Source of the DNA: Acidobacteriota bacterium
GTDB lineage: Bacteria; Acidobacteriota; UBA890; WLXD01
Reading direction: 5' to 3'
DNA length: 64,000 nucleotides
NCBI GenBank assembly: GCA_963666215.2
Contig: CAXWPL010000004.1
Location: 960,001-1,024,000 of the forward strand
Under the pieces are notes generated by a model that ran no database searches, was not told where the DNA came from, and saw nothing but the letters and a program-made list of their open reading frames with translations. The position numbers and the translations under genes are program-made. Shown in pieces: positions 62,734 through 64,000 of this stretch (the stretch's first letter is position 1; each line of letters starts with the position of its first letter).

Positions 62734-62841
62734 TCGCGCGCCGATCATTCATCGAGGTCAAGCGCGCAAACGCTGCAAGGAACACCGTCTTTTGCTCGGC
62801 GCCTATCGAGCGGGCTCCGCAGCGTTTGCACGGGCGCGCGA
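62734..62841. repeat. Nested inverted repeat (long hairpin) right after the ZIP stop
   Basis: TCGCGCGCC/GGCGCGCGA (62734-42 / 62833-41) encloses GCAAACGCTGC/GCAGCGTTTGC (62766-76 / 62819-29). Confidence 0.6.
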
Positions 62842-63045
62842 GTCTCGGCGATCGCCGCGTTAGCCAGACATACATGGGCGTCCGCGGCACTCTGGAGTTT
62901 GAGTCCGGCTGCGGTGGTGTAAGTGTCACCTCATTGGGCAGAGCCGCCATTCAGGTCAACAAAAGCTTTGCGGACAAGGGTCGCCGACTCGAGCATCCAG
63001 ATCGCAGCAAGGAGGGCACGTACACTGCCGAAGGCGTCGCGGCTG

Positions 63046-63837
63046 CTACTCCTCGATCACTGCGCGGAACCTCTCCTCGGCCCTGTCGATGAAGCTGAGG
63101 TAGCCTTCCGGGTCGACAAACGGCTCGACCGGGTCCTCTGCTGCTTCGAGGCTTTCCTGAAACTTGCGCCAGCGGCCGAAATCTCTCGCATGCGGCGTGA
63201 GGCCACAGATGTGGACGACGTGCAGCTCACGGTCGCCCTCGCGAAGGGGAATCGACCACGAGGTGCAGCCGGGCGTGTGGCCGGCCGTGACATGCGCCGT
63301 GAGCTCGGTCGGCCCGAGGCGGATCGTCGCGCCGTCCTCGAACCGGTGGTCGACGCGCGGGGCCGGGTACCTGACGATCGGCAGATACGAGATGAACCAG
63401 AAGGGCCCGAAGAAGGCACCGCCGGCGCCGCCGGCCGCGATGAAGTCGGCTGCCCGCCCGCTGACCCACAGCTCGGCGCCCGACGCCTCCTGCAGGGCCG
63501 CCAGTCCGCCCGCGTGATCGAAGTGCGAGTGCGAGTTGAGCAGCACCTTGACGTCGGCGATGTCGAAGCCGAGCTCGGCGATGCTCGCGATAATCATCGG
63601 GGCGGTTCCGGGATATCCGCCGTCGATCAAGACGTGGCCCTCGGGCCCGGTGAGCAGAAACGATGTGGCGTCGTTGGCGCCGACGTAGTACAGGTTGCCG
63701 GCGATGCGGAACGGTTCGGCGTACTGCTGCCCGCCACGGTTTGTGACGTCTCGCCACTTGCCGTAGAGCACCACGGCGAGGACGGCCGCCACTCCCAGCA
63801 GGACACGCAGCCAACGTCGTTCAGGGAGGAGTCGCAT
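63046..63837 (-). CDS. Subclass B3 metallo-beta-lactamase-like protein, apparently with an internal deletion
   Basis: PFRIAGNLYYVG, GHVLIDGG, HSHFDHAGG and TAGHTPGCTSW motifs, then HICGLT directly followed by PHARDF. Confidence 0.85.
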   Translation of the reverse strand: MRLLPERRWLRVLLGVAAVLAVVLYGKWRDVTNRGGQQYAEPFRIAGNLYYVGANDATSFLLTGPEGHVLIDGGYPGTAPMIIASIAELGFDIADVKVLLNSHSHFDHAGGLAALQEASGAELWVSGRAADFIAAGGAGGAFFGPFWFISYLPIVRYPAPRVDHRFEDGATIRLGPTELTAHVTAGHTPGCTSWSIPLREGDRELHVVHICGLTPHARDFGRWRKFQESLEAAEDPVEPFVDPEGYLSFIDRAEERFRAVIEE

Positions 63838-64000
63838 CTACTTGCCCTCAGCGCTCGAGCGTCACCTGTTCGACATTGTCATCCGTATCCAAGTCGACCA
63901 GCAGGTGGCGGGGATCGATGCCGGCCAGGGCGGGTCTGCTCGGCACGGTCACCGTGATCGTCTCCCGAGCGGAACGGATGTGGTGCCTCTGCAGGTAGAG

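Overview
High-GC bacterial DNA. The gene families present (two PadR + duplicated ABC-permease 'ADOP' pairs, DUF5916, PQQ/PD40 propellers, PafA-type phosphatase, Hanks kinase) suggest an Acidobacteriota/Gemmatimonadota-like organism; this is an inference. The left end is a decayed mobile patch: an IS3 remnant, two same-orientation IS6-family copies flanking a serine-hydrolase gene, and a 21-bp direct repeat. Next is a his operon (hisG-hisD::hisC-hisH-hisA-hisB-hisF-hisIE) with an unannotated His-rich leader peptide and a full attenuator. The rest is mostly secreted or membrane hydrolases and transport genes. Strongest signals missed by the ORF track: (1) a CMD/AhpD-like gene with an in-frame TGA in a CxxU motif and a SECIS-like hairpin (probable selenoprotein); (2) the hisL attenuator; (3) a compact four-hairpin candidate ncRNA at about 20.25-20.37 kb; (4) tandem Cys-rich secreted propeller paralogs with hypervariable loops, one apparently starting at ATA; (5) a putative operon joining a membrane-embedded patatin/cPLA2-like phospholipase, a cyclic-nucleotide-gated K+ channel and DUF2339. 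Many genes carry 1-nt frameshifts, a nonsense codon or in-frame internal deletions, so either genome erosion or assembly error is at work. No rRNA, tRNA or CRISPR array was seen. All family assignments are from motif recognition by eye, not database searches.
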